Below are positions 23,833-36,619 of a stretch of DNA of 64,000 nt, piece after piece. The stretch's first letter is position 1. Each line of letters opens with the position of its first letter. The position numbers were made by a program, and so were the translations under genes. A model generated the notes under the pieces. The model was not told the origin of the DNA. It did not search any database and saw nothing but the letters and a program-made list of their open reading frames with translations. Source of the DNA: Vicugna vicugna (Eukaryota); assembly GCA_013265495.1 (NCBI GenBank), contig MU058233.1, positions 781,038 to 845,037 of the forward strand, given 5' to 3'.

Positions 23833-25704
23833 TGGATCACTTTTTATGATTAAAGAAGGATGACTCAGCAGAACCAGGTCCAGAGGTGCCACTAGAAGAT
23901 ACGCAGAACTCCACGTGCGCTTGACTGGACCGTAGTCGATGAACTGGTGACGAGCACCCAGCAGGATTTAGGAATTTCTGTGGACCAGTGGCTGCTGTGT
24001 GGGGGCCTCCTGTTGGCCCCAGTTTTGAACAGGAGCACCTACAGCAGTTTGCCATGTGTGCCCCACCATCGTATTCCAGGAGTGTAAGAGGAAAATAACT
24101 TGCCTTTCAGCTCACAGGTAATCCGGTCGAGAGGAAGAGCACGCAAAAGAGCTGTACCCGAGGGAGCAGTCCTAACGCACTTCAGTCAGGCAGTGGTGCC
24201 TGATTCAGATGATAATATCCTGGACTTTGATGTCGTGATGGAACGAGACACTTGGGGTCTTGGGACAGGAGACGGTCACAGCTTGTGGATGTGAACTGTC
24301 ACAGCCAGAGGGCAGACTGTGCTGAGTTGTGTCTTCCTAGGATGTCTACAAGAAAACCTCCTACTCAGCACCCTCTTCCACAGTGTGACCATGTGACTGC
24401 TGCTCCTCCCATGGGGAGGGGAGGTCTGAGCCCCCACCTATTGGATCTGGATGCGCAGGTGATTTGTTCATAGCCAACAGACTGCAGCAGAAATGTAGCT
24501 GTGTGGCTTCCAAGGCAAGGTCATAAAAGGAGAGGCAGCTTCCGCCTGGTTCACAGAAACACTCCCTGATGAAGATTTCAGCTACCAGATAAGTAGTCCA
24601 ACTGCCTGAGGGCCGTGCTGTGATGAAGTGGCTGCAGCTCACACAGAGAAACCATGCACAGTGGTCTAGAACCACTGGAAGCGCGAGAGATGTCTCCACC
24701 TCCCCAGGTGTTCCAGCCCCTGCTGGAACCTGACTGCAGTCATGTGAGAAACTTCAAGACTAAACTGCCCAGCTGAGTTGCCCTCCATTTCCCACCCAGG
24801 AAACTGAGAGATATAAGAAGCCACTAAATTTGTTTTTTAATGCTCAGCTTTTTTTTTGCAGTTAAAAAATGTTATGCTCAGCTTAAAAATTTTTTTATTT
24901 GGGCTCAACTGTTTTATTTTTTAACTAAAAAACTTTTATACTCAGTTTTTTAAAGTTATCTTTTATGCTCAGCTTTTTTTTTAATAAGCCACTAAATTTT
25001 GAAGGGATCTATTGTGTAGAAGAGTAATAGGAGTAACCTCACAGAAGGACAATTTCATATTGTTCAACCTTATGAATAAATAAAGAAAGAAACAGTATCT
25101 TCAAGATAGTTTAATATTAGAGTTTACCAGTGTATTTAGCATATTAATCTCTTGATGTAGAGATAAGTTAGTATAAAAAAAACCCCCACCTGTATAGCAT
25201 AAGAAACATACTCAGTACAGTTCAGCAGTTCTTCATGATGAAGTTCCTAACAAACTCAGAATGGCAGGTAACTTCTTTTAAAGACAGCAAAGGATAGCTA
25301 CCAACCCCTACAGCAAATATCATACTTAAAATAAAACTTCAGAAACATTATACTTAAAGCCAGGAACTACTGAGCTGACCCCTCTATTTCTCATACTGTT
25401 AAGCATTGAACTGGCATCCTAATCAGTGCAGTAAGACAAGAAGTAAAAATTAAGAATTATATGGACTGGAAAGAAGGAGAAACAATTGTGGTTATTAGAA
25501 GCAACATCTGAAAAGTGATTTTAGCACTGCTGCTATTAAGACAGTAAATTCTTAGCATTCTCACCACCACAACAAAAATTTTTTTCTATTCTGTTAATTT
25601 TGTATCTGTATGGAATGATTGATGTTCACTAAACTTACTGTGGTATCATTCCATGATTTATATCCTGCTGTATGTCAATTATATCTCAATAAAACTGGGG
25701 AAAA

Positions 25705-25940
25705 ACAGAAGGAGGAGATTAGGACACAGACACGCACAGAGGGATGACCATGTGGGGACACAGAGAGAAGACATCCACCTCCAAGCCAAGGAGAGGAGCC
25801 TTAGAAGAAAGCAAACCTGCCAACGCTCTGATATCAGACGTTGAGTGACCAGTCTCTAGAATTGCAACAAAGTTAATTTCTGGTGTTTACCCCTCCCAGT
25901 CTGTGATATTTTATTCTGGCAGCCCTAGTAATCTAAACAC
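25705..25940 (+). mobile_element. MLT1-type LTR fragment
   Basis: caagccaaggagaggagcc...cccagtctgtgatattttattctggcagccctag. Confidence 0.65.
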
Positions 25941-26421
25941 AATTGGAGTGAGGAAACTGGCTGCTTAACGTGTGGAAACAAAACAAAATTAGATCAATAT
26001 TTCACACAATTCCAGACAGATTAAAATCTACATGTGAAAGCAAAACGCTGAAACTGTTAAAAGATTAAACCATGGACATCTTTTATGATACCAGGGTGGG
26101 GAAAGATTTCTTAACAAAACATATAAGTAAACTATAAATGAAACCATAAAGGAAAAGTTAGATAAATTTTATGTCAATAATAAAATCTATGGGATCAACA
26201 ATTTTATAAACAAAGTTCCAAGACAAGGAATAGACAGGAACCAAATTAAAACAAATATTGTGTATCAAGGATTAGTAAACACTATATGTTCAACTCCATG
26301 AATCTAGTAGAAAAAGAAAACTCAACAGAAAAATGACAAAGGATAATTGACAATTTATGGAAAGCCCCAAATGGTGTAGAAATGTGTATACTTCGGCAGT
26401 GATCACTGACATACATCCTTG

Positions 26422-26913
26422 TGTAACAGGGAAGAACAAATCAGACTTCATGTTGGATGTTTCTTTTACTTTAGCCCTGTATCATATTGCTTTTGCCACA
26501 AGTTAAGAATGTTACCTAGCGCCTGAAATATACAGGGTAGTCCATTCTCAAGACTCTGATATTTAAAGGTATAACACTTTTCCATTCATATAGAGATTAA
26601 AAAGTTGCAGAAGAGAGAATAGCATTTGTCTTGTTGGAGGTTTACAGGTACACCATCACCATTCACGTGGACAGGTGAAAGAACAAAGGATTTGGACACC
26701 AAGAAGTTTGCAACAACCAACCACACCCTTCCCCTTTTAAGTATAAATGGAGCCTGAATTCTGACTTAGGAAAGATGGTCCTTTGGGACAGTAGTCCCCA
26801 TCTTCTCAGTCTGCTAGCGTTCCAAGTAAAGTCCTACTCCTTGCCCCAATACCTTGGCTCCCAATTTATTGGCCTGTCATGCGGCAAGCAGAATGAATTT
26901 GGACTTGGTAACA
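26422..26913 (+). mobile_element. ERV1-class solo LTR
   Basis: TGTAACA...GGTAACA ends, 4-bp TSD cttg (26418-26421 and 26914-26917), TATAAA near 26743, AGTAAA near 26825. Confidence 0.85.
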
Positions 26914-27889
26914 CTTGTGTTCTGCATTTTAAGTATTAGTTCAGTTTTAAAATTTTTGATCTTGGGTATTCAGACCTTGTTCCAAACTCCTCCTCATATT
27001 CCACCTTTAAGGAGCATAGTGGCTTCATGGTTGAAGTCTGTATTTTTCATCATAGTAAATTAGGAAACAACTGTTTCTAATTTATTTTTTAAAACCTAGT
27101 ATATATTTTTCAGTTCAAAATTTTCTTTCATCTTATTGAGATAATTCTATTTTCCCCTTGACTTATTTATTTATACTATTGTATATCCTGATTGTCCTTA
27201 TATTTCCAGAATAGAGTCCACTTGGTTTCTAGTCTACAAATATATTTTTACTTCCACGAAAATATTGCCAGCTTCTCTCTATGGATAATTTTTCAGTATT
27301 TTTGAATGGGCAGCAACTAATCAAGTTTTGTCTGAGCTTCCTTTTCAAATTATACACTTACCGATTTTGGTGCCTCTATGCTATTTAATAAATAGAAAAC
27401 TTTCTATTTAATTCCTCTGAAGCTATTTAATTAAGAATTCTCTGATCACTGGATGTTCGAAAGAATCCACTGGAAACTCAACAATTGATGATTTTTGACA
27501 AATAATTTCTAATATTGTCTTCGCTTTTACCCATGTTTAGGTTTTCCTGCTTCTTGGGTCAAACTTGACACTATTCCTTGGGAATCATTTGTGTCACAAA
27601 GAATTTTGCATTTATTAGCACAGAGAGGATTCTCATTCAATTTCCCACGTGTCTGTGGTCCTCTTTTTTCATCCTGCCCTTCATTGTCTTTTTTGAAAAG
27701 TCGGGATAGTGACTTATTCATAACTTCCCCCACAGCATCCGAATTATGGACTAGCTTCTCTTGTTTTCTGCTTTGCCTAGCTACTGTCCATACAGTAATT
27801 AATTTTTTTCCCTTGGTCGAATTCTTGAGCGGTTGTCTATCGTATCTATCATCTCTGTCGGTCTGCCTGTCTGTCTGTCCATCCCCAGC

Positions 27890-28760
27890 CACCGCCCATC
27901 TGCGTGTCCGACCCGCATCCCGGGGTCCCGGAAGCCCTCACCGCGCCGTCCCCCCACGCGCGTGCCCGCCGCTCGCGCCCGCGGTCGCCCCGCCCCCTGG
28001 GGACCTGCGGCCACACGCCGCGTACCGCGGGGCCTCCTGGGAAGTGGAGTTCGGCAGCGCCCTCCTCGCGCGCGCGCGGCCCCAGGAAGCGGGGCGGTCG
28101 CGCCCCTTCTTTGTCCTTCGCCGCCGCGCGCGAGGCCTGTGTGCGCGTGCGCGCGCGCGCGCGCGGTCTCCGAGTCCGGCTCCGGCCTGTCAGAAACCCG
28201 CGGAGCCGCCCTCATCGCGCCGGGCCGGGCCGGGCCGGGGCGGTCCCGTGGCCCCGGCCCCGCGCGTCCGTCGTCCGAGGTCTGGGGGTGCCGTGCGGAC
28301 TCCGCAGGTTCGGGGCCGGGTTCCCGGGGGGCGGGCGGCGGAGCTGCGGGGAGGGCCTGGGGTGGCGTTGAGGCCCCCGTGGGCGTCCGCCGTGGGGTGC
28401 GGGGCGGCGGCCGACGCGCCCTGGCGGCGTCCGGGTGTCGGGGAGGCGGCGCGCCGCGGCCCCGGCTCTCACGCGCCGGTCGTTTCCTTCCAGACGCGCT
28501 TTCTGAGGCGGTGGCTCCGCACGTGCGTCCCCGCGGGTCTCCGGCCGCGAGCCCGGCGGGTGCGGCTGCGGGGCCGGGCGCGGGGCTGGTCGCGCGGGGC
28601 GTCGGCCGGGGAGTGTCCGCGGGGCCTGTGGTTGCCCCCCAGCCTGGTCCTCCGGCTCCCCTCTTAACCAGCATGCTCCCCAGCTCTCCCTCCCAGGGCT
28701 TCTCTCCTAAGAAACAAAAACCCTGGACAACTTGTGCCCGCGGCTGGTGCGGTGGGGCCC
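27890..28760 (+). promoter_or_regulatory. ZNF84: CpG-island promoter and non-coding exon 1 of ZNF84
   Basis: Very CpG-dense; SBS-like ctgggaagtggagt 28037-28050; GC box; NRF1-like GCGCGTGCGC near 28143; candidate donor gcag|gttcgg at 28307/28308. Confidence 0.8.
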
Positions 28761-30109
28761 TTGTCTCCGACTCTAATCCACCTCTGCCCTTGGAACAGTC
28801 ACTCACGATTTCTGGTCTCACGCTAGTCATCCAAAAAAGGAGGGAGTGGAAAGAAATGATCCCTTTTCCCCCCTAGCTCTGATGACTTTTGCTGTCATTG
28901 AAACATCCGTTATTTGCTTTATTTTAATTATTATTGGCTGTTTAATTTGTTTCAACCACATGATGCTGGACTGACAGTGCTCCACTTGCCTGTTCTCTTG
29001 GGTTTAAAATATGTTGTATTTTAACATTTACGCTGTGGTCCGCTTAGAGTATCATCTTTTCAAATGAAAATCATTCATGAGCCCTTCGACAGGAAATAGT
29101 CACTGCTAACATTTCGTGCTTTTCTTTTAGTTAGTAGTTATAGTTACATATTTATTGCCTTTAAAAAACAAAATTGGGAATATGCCACATGTCCTGCTTA
29201 AAGCCATTACAATATATCACAAATACGTTAAGCTGAAATATTTTGCCCCTGGTGGGATGTACAATCGGGGGAGTTTTTTTTCAACTGGCCCCTGAGAATT
29301 TATCTTTCTCTCTATTTTGTCCTTCGTGGGCCCTGGTGCCCTCATTTCTGGATGGGAAACTGTATCATGCTTGAACCGGAGATGTAAACAGGGACTCCTG
29401 AGGCCTTAGCTCCTCCTCCTCCCTCCTCTGCTTGGAGGGGCTGTGCCCACAGCTCAGTGGTGGACTGTGTGGCACCAGTGGTCCAGACCTGCCACTTCTG
29501 CGTGTGTTGCCTCAGCAATGAGTGCTGAATGCATCAGAAAGACAGTATGCTGTAGAGGATTTCCGGCACGCAGTAAGTGGAAGTAAATGTTGCTTTCACC
29601 TTTCCCTTGAAATCTCGCCAGAACCTGATGCTGAGTGGAACTACCCGATGATGATGAAGGTGGTCCTTCCTTCTGAAAACAAATGTGAGCGCTCTCGGGG
29701 AGAGTTCAGCGCTGTGCCAGAAACTGCCCCGGTAAAGACACACCATGAGGTTAAAATGGGCCACACTGTACAGGGAGGGGCTTAGGCTTCATCTGCTCAA
29801 GGGACACCCAAGAGTCATGCAACAGAGCATTCAAGGGGTGACTTCTCCCTTAAGAGCCAACTTGCAAAAACATTTGTCTAAATCAGTAAAGTAAGGTCGA
29901 GTCTGTATGTTCAGAGTAACAAATGTCAGAAAAATTTTACAACTACCACACTGATGGCTTATCACACTTGGTCCACCTGAAATGCTCAACTCTGTGTGTT
30001 CTCTGCCAACTTTTCCTCATTTTGACATGTCTCTGCTCTTGATAAGTCTCCACTGAAATGCAGCTATACTTCACAAGTAGTTTTTGACAAAATTACAAAG
30101 GAAATTAAA

Positions 30110-30247
30110 AAAAAATTTTTAGGGGGGTAGTTAGGTTTATTTATGTATTTGTTATTGTTATTTTTTTAACAGAGGTATGGGGGCTCGAAGTCAGGACCTC
30201 CTGCATGCTAAGCACGTGCTCTGCCACTGAGAAAATACTCTCCCCCT
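30110..30247 (-). mobile_element. Vic-1-type SINE
   Basis: Flanking repeat tacaaaggaaa on both sides. Confidence 0.8.
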
Positions 30248-30659
30248 ACAAAGGAAAGTTTTAAATCACATTGTGAATTTGGCTGTCTGCTTAAGGAAAT
30301 GGTTTGAATGTCAGTGTAGTTTTATTCATGAGAATGTTGGAGTTTTTATTACATGAGATGAAATGAAAGTGTAATGCAGAGGAAATGACATTTTTATTGT
30401 AGGTATATTTTCCTGCTCTTGGAGTGTGTGTGTGTGTGTGTGTGTTTATGATTGATTATTTAACAGGAAACAGGTTTTTACATTTTTAAATGTAAAATCT
30501 TAAATTTAACATTCATTGACTTTACATAAAATTACATGGTTTTTGCATTTGTATCATGTGTAGGGAAATCTTCCTCCAAATTACACAAATATTCACTTGG
30601 GTTTTCTTTAGGCACTGTCGTGGTTTCTATTATTCTAAATTCTAATCCATCTGGAAGTA

Positions 30660-30864
30660 CAGTTGACCCTCAAACAATAGGCTTTGAACTGCATTGGTCC
30701 ACTTACATGCAGAGTTTTTTCAATAAATACTACGCAATCAGAGGGAAGTTGGTCAAATCTGCAGATATGGAGGACAGACTAAAATGATATGAGGATATTC
30801 TTATGCACAGCGTGGAGGTGGGGAGTTGGCGTCCCTGGCCCCCAGGTTGTCCAAGGGTTCACTG
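30660..30864. mobile_element. Tigger-type (TcMar) non-autonomous DNA transposon
   Basis: Terminal inverted repeats CAGTTGACCCT...AGGGTTCACTG flanked by TA on both sides. Confidence 0.8.
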
Positions 30865-31547
30865 TAGTTTGTTGTAATGTGTGAGGTAGTTAACCCCCTT
30901 TCTTTTAAGTGTTAATCACTGCTCCCGTTCATCAGGTAATGTGGTTTTACTTTGGCTTTGAAATGCCACATTTATGGCACCTTAAATTTTAAAATATTTG
31001 GACCATTGTGCTTAATTTATCTTTATCTGTGTATCTTTTCTGGAGCCAGTGCCAAATACTTTTTTGATTCTTATAACTTTATAATATACGTTAATATTAC
31101 ATGGGCCTGTTTACATTCATTATTTTGTATTTCCAAAAGTGTCCAAGCTGTTCCTGAACCTTTTTTCTTCCAAGTGAACTTTAGAATCGCTTGTTAAAGA
31201 AAAACTTCCTGAGATTGTGATTGGAGTTGACTAAAGATATGAATCATTAGGGCTAAATTATCTTTCTTATATGAAGTCTTCCTATCCCAGAACAAGACCA
31301 GACTGTACGTGTATGAAGTCTATTTTTATAATCCCTATTGGTGTTTATAGTTTGTTTCATATAGATCTTACACGTTTCTTGTCAAGTATATTTTTATATC
31401 TTTTATGGATTTTTTTCCTGTTATGGGTAGATTTTACTTTCTACCTTTTTATTGGTTTAAATAAGAAAGCTGTTGATCTTACAGAACTATGTTTATTGAT
31501 CTGGAAAGATGGTTTGCATAGTGAGAAGAAAACAAAAACTACTTTTT

Positions 31548-31695
31548 AAAAAATTTGTGGGGGAGGATGTAATTAGGTTGATTGGTTGGTTGGTTGGTTA
31601 GTTGGTTTATTTATTTTAATGGAGGTACTGGGGATTGAACCCAGGACCTCCTGTGTGCTAAACAACCCTCTACTAATGAGCTATACCTTCTCCCC
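31548..31695 (-). mobile_element. Vic-1-type SINE
   Basis: Same head; flanking repeat aaaacta(c/t)ttt. Confidence 0.8.
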
Positions 31696-32547
31696 AAAAA
31701 ACTATTTTGAAATGTGACCAGATACTTAAATTTTGTTTAAAAATTTTCATTAGGGTTGGGGGAGGGTATAGCTCAGTGATAGAGCATCAAATAACATAAC
31801 CTTAAACATATAATCCAAACATCAACAGAATTACAAGGAAAAACTGACCAATCTATGATCACACTGAGTGAGTTTAAGATACTTCCTTCAGAAATTGAAT
31901 AGAATTGGCAGACATAAATTAGGAAAGTTATAGAAGATTTTAATAGGAAACTAAGGCTCAGAAAGATTAAGTTTGTTTGTTTTTGCCCGATGTCACATAG
32001 CCAGTAAAGGGAAAATGTTGATTGAACCCCAATCTGTTTTACAAATCACATAAGCTTTTCAAAATTCCATCTGCTTAAAATGGAGGTACCTTGTCCTTCA
32101 AGCACCCTGTCAATTGATTTATGCTTCATTGTGCACAGTGACCATTGTCTGGATCTCTGAATTACTTACATCTGGTTCTTCTTTATCTGTGTGCTTCTGC
32201 TGTTCTTTTATGCTATATTGCTTCTGTCCCTGGCTGCCCTGTTTCTGTCATATAGAAAACACAGTCCAGCCTCGGATGATCATGAACTCCTAGTTCTTAG
32301 CAAGAGAGAAGATTCTAGGCTCATTGTGAATATACCAGTTGAAGTGTATTTGTTCCTCAGCCTGCAGATCCTGGTTCCCCACAATAAGCCTGCTCCTGTG
32401 AGACAAGAAAGGATTTCCTGGAGTCAGGAACTCATTCTTGCTGTAGAAGACCTTGCCAAGACCTCGCACGAGGGCTCTGGGGCAGAAGAGAGGACACAGG
32501 ATAGAACACATCTCGGACTTGCTAACCTTCTCGAACAGGCAGCTGAG

Positions 32548-32562
32548 ATGACCACGTTACCA
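32548..32562 (+). CDS. ZNF84: ZNF84 coding exon 1 (MTTLP), at the 3' end of an exon starting at 32361 or 32368
   Basis: gagATGACCACGTTACCA|gtgagt, phase 0, in frame with KRAB-A; recalled human start MTMLQ. Confidence 0.8.
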
Positions 32563-32732
32563 GTGAGTTGGGGTTTATTCCTCATTATTTTCCTGGGGGA
32601 TTAGAAGAGGCATGTTAGTCTTCTAGTGAAAAAGAAAAGAGTAAGTGGTTGAGAAATCAGGGGGAAATAATGGAAGATCCAGGTTGGGACAAAACTGAAG
32701 CAGTGGTGTATTAACTATAGGGCCTTGAGAAG

Positions 32733-33010
32733 TTTTTTTTAATTGAAATATAGTCAATTACAATGTGTAAATTTCTGGTGAGCTGCATAATGTCTCAGTG
32801 ATGCATATACATACATATATTCATTTGCATAATCTTTTTCATTAAAGGTTATTATAAGATACTGAATATAGTCCCTGTGTTATACAGGAGAAATTTTTTA
32901 TATCTTTTTATATGGAACACTTCACAAATCTGCATGTCATCCTTGTGCAGGGGCCATGGTAACCTTCTCTGTATTATTCCAATTTTAGTATAAGTGCTGC
33001 CGAAGTGAGC
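32733..33010 (-). pseudogene. U6 snRNA retropseudogene (33010-32910) fused to an L1 3' end and poly(A)
   Basis: Minus strand gctcacttcggcagcacttatactaaaattggaataatacagagaaggttaccatggcccctgcacaaggatgacatgcagatttgtgaagtgttccatat is near-full-length U6; followed by L1 3' UTR and A-run; TSD core tgagaag at 32726-32732 and 33012-33018. Confidence 0.92.
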
Positions 33011-35739
33011 CTGAGAAGGTCTTAGAGTTTGGATTTTTCTAAGCCATAGTGTCCTGCATAATTATTGAATTTGAGCTGTAAACTAGGGTCTCAAATTTTT
33101 GGCAGGTGTAATCAATAATTATGTCCATATAAGTTGCTTTAGCCAAATGAAAAAGCAAACTGATTTTTCATAAAAAGTGAATATTTGTTGGCCATTCCTT
33201 GATGAAGCCTTTAAATAAATAAGTGGGCTTCTCTAAAGAGAAATGCTGTAATAAATACACAGTTATGGTTGTTGCCATTTTTCATGGTTTTCCCCAGTGT
33301 GTGACCCAAGGGGAAGATGCCAGAGCAGAACTTAGTCCCCATAATTAAATTTATTTGTTGACCTCTTTGATTGTGAAGCAGAATCCACAAGCAGAAAAGT
33401 TCATAAAATGTAGAAATGCAGCTTAACGTATCATCAGATGAACATCCTGAAACCACAGTATCGTTTCAAGAACCAGATCATTCCCAGCCCAGATAAGGCC
33501 CTCCTGTGCCCTCTCCCGATCACGGCGTCTCCCCTGACAGAGGGGGCCAGGACCCCGACTTTTAGAACCCTTCCTGCTCTTCTTTCTAACTTTACTCCTC
33601 TGTGGTCTTCACTCTTGAACCCCACAGTTTGCTTCTGTCTGCTGTTGTGTGCCATCTTGTGTTTTGCTTCTGTCACTTAACGTTTTGTTTGTAGACTCAT
33701 CGCAGTTGCAGACTTCTCTCCCATGAAGGTGGCTTCTTAATATCACTGAATCCAGGCAGTATCCAATTTCTAGTTCTCATAGATTTGTAAGTTGTTTGTA
33801 GTTTGTTTGAATCAGAATCTCAGTACAGTTCATACGGTGCAGTTGATTGAGCTGTCTCTTAATCTGTTGGCACTTTCTGGTTTTCTCTCGCCAGGTACTT
33901 GGTGAAGAAACCAGGCCATTTATCTGTAGTTTGCACTGTCTGAAGCCTTTGCATAGATGCTGCAGTGGGTTGTGTCATCATTTTGCTAGCCACACCCCTG
34001 CAGTGTTGTTAACCTGTCCGTCACCTGCTTCTTATGAATCGGCAGCTGCAGGGCTGGGCTGTCCAGTGTCGAAGCCCCACCACATCCCAGTTAATTAAAG
34101 TAAATCCCTCAGTCACGGAGGCCAGTGTGCAAGGGCCTGGTAGCCACAGGTTGGGCAGCCACAAATTGGGCAGCACCGATAAAGAGCATTCCCATCATCC
34201 AGAAAGTTCCACGGGACAGATCTGCTCTGCAGGCTTGGTCAGATCCAGGGTTGACTTTGGCAGGAATGCTTCAGAGGTCATGGCACATGCTTCTCTTGGG
34301 ACGTGCGTACGGTCTGCTTGTCTGTCTTGCTGACAGCTTTATGTGACTCCTGCCCAGGTGGACTGTTTCATTAGGGACTGCAAAATGCTGACATCCTCCT
34401 GCTAACATTTCTTCCTTATTTTTAACTAGAATGCTGCTTACTAGCATGACAAGGTAGATCAAGGCTCACTTGGTACGTTTTCTGCCCCAGACCTTCAGTT
34501 AATGTTATAAAACTTAGTTATTATCTTACAAGTTAGTTACTAATTTTAAAAGTTTTTGTTGCCAAAACACAGACCTATACCAGATTTTTTGTATATTGTC
34601 TTGGTATCCAGGAACTTCTTAAGCCCATTTACTTATTCTAATAATTTTTCTTTAGATTTGGTTAGATTTTTCCATGTTCGGAAAAATATCAGCCATGCTT
34701 TTTTTTTTTTTTCCAGGAGAAAAAAATTCCACTGACTTCCTAGTTTGCTAAAACTTTCTACAACAGATAAATACTGAGTATTCTTCAATTTTTGGTGTGT
34801 TCATTTTGTTCTTTGTTTCCTCTTCTTATTTTTCATACTTTCACTTCTTCCTTGGGAAATCTAGTCCTTTTTGAAAATTTTTAACATGCTTTTTAAAAAC
34901 TGTGCTAGATTTTTCTGTTATCTGTAGTTCTTTGCAATATACATTCTTCCATTTACAGATTTTGAAGTGATTATATGCTTTTTCTTAATCTGTTAAGGTA
35001 ATGACTATCATTTTTTTTTTAAAAACTGTTAAGTCAGCCTTGAAGTTTTGGGATAAACTCCAGCTTAAACTCCAGTCTTGATGTATTTTCTCTTTTATAT
35101 ACTGCTCGGTATAGGAGTTTGGTGACATTGTTTAGGATTTTTACATCAGTGTTCAGGTGTACGTTGGCCTTTGCTCTTCCCCTGCAGTATCCTTATTGGG
35201 TTTTGTTATCAAGGTCATGCTAGGATCAGAAAGTTTAGAGTTATGTTCTTGCTTCCGTATTCTGTAAGGGTTTAGTAAAATTGGAATGATTTCTGTATTA
35301 AATATTGACAATTAACTGGTAAAGCCATTTTTTTGTGAGAAGATTGAAACTCAGGTCCAGTGTTTTCCACCTGACCATTGCATGATTTATAAAGTCATTA
35401 ATGAGTAAATGATACATTTAAAGGGCCAGATAAAATGGTAGATTTTAATACAACAGAATGTGAGAGGTTCATTAATAAAGTTGAAGATTCTACGTGGCAA
35501 CTCATCTGTGTGAGACCAGTTGATTAGTTTTGGTGTGGTCTCGAAGGATATCCGTTGTTAACTAATTCTAAGTGTTTTTAGGGTTGTTTGGTTGTTGTTT
35601 AGGCAGTCACCCCATCTGTGACAGTTTTACGTCTTCCTTTTAGCATTTACACTTTATCCTTGCATTTTACTGTACTGGCCTCCTGGCCAGTCCTGACCCC
35701 GCAGTACCTGGTGGACAGAAGTGGCATTAGGAACACCCC

Positions 35740-36467
35740 TGCCTTTCCCTAGGCGGTCACTGTCCACTACATAGCACATTACAGCTATTCTCACCCCTGA
35801 CTCCAGCCGCCTGGAGTCAGCACAGCCTCTGCAGCTTGGGGGTGCAGTCCCCCACAAGGGTGCCTTCATTTCAGTTGCCAGCCATAAGTTTGGGAGCCCC
35901 CAGGCCACCTGCACTTCTGACCCACTGGCTGCAAATTTGGGGGCTTCCCATGACCCCTCTCAGGTTTGTGGGAACAGTTCACAGAACTCAGGAGAGTGCT
36001 GTACCTAAAGCCTGTGGTTTTATTGTAAAGGACACAAACAGGGACTAGCCAGATGGAGAGACGCAGGGTGAGGTCTGGGGGTCCCACATGTGAGGTCTGC
36101 GCCCTTTCCCCATGGAGTTGGGACTCACCCCCTCCTGGCATCTGTCTGCCTTACCAAGCAGGAAGCTACCCGAGGGCAGCAGTATCCAGGGTTCCTATTG
36201 GGTGTTCATTGTGTTGGTGCAAATGGTGAAATCACTGGCCATGGGGGCTGAACTCATTCTCCAGCTGGCTCCCCTCCCTGGAGGTTGCACTGATAGCTTC
36301 TGGCTCGAAGCCCCAACTCTCTAACCACATGGCCTCTAATCAAACTAGGGGGTGGGGGGCCACCACCAATAACAAAGGAAGTGCCAGTCCCTGGGGAGAT
36401 TCCAAGGCTTTAGACGCTCTATCCCAGGATCCTGGGACAAAGAACTGACTGTCTTTATTATACAGCA
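35740..36467 (-). mobile_element. MER21-like LTR
   Basis: cactt ctgac...gcaaatttgggggcttcccatgacccct...cacagaactcagg...ttattatacagca pattern; family from recalled consensus. Confidence 0.6.
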
Positions 36468-36619
36468 GGTAGCCGTTAGCTACACGTACTGTTTAAATTA
36501 ATTAAAATTAAAAAGTCAGTTCCTAGTCACCTGTGAAGCATTCGGTGAACGCTGGTGGCCAGTGGCTACTGTATTAGATGGTGCAGATGTGGAAAGTTTC
36601 AGTCATAGAGAATTCTGCT

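Larger units (their letters stand above)
21281..25035 (+). mobile_element. ERVL-MaLR (MLT1-type) element with two LTRs and internal region, carrying nested insertions
   Basis: 5' LTR from tgtggtagat (21281) to about 21752; internal start gaaatttggtattggaagtggg; polypurine-tract-like gccagagggcagac then 3' LTR from 24318. Confidence 0.7.

Noticed and set aside
27591..28876. Three ORFs of about 350 aa on both strands
   Set aside because: Low-complexity translation of the ZNF84 CpG island.
32910..33010. Functional U6 snRNA gene
   Set aside because: CpG decay, missing 5' GT, no T-run terminator, fused to L1.
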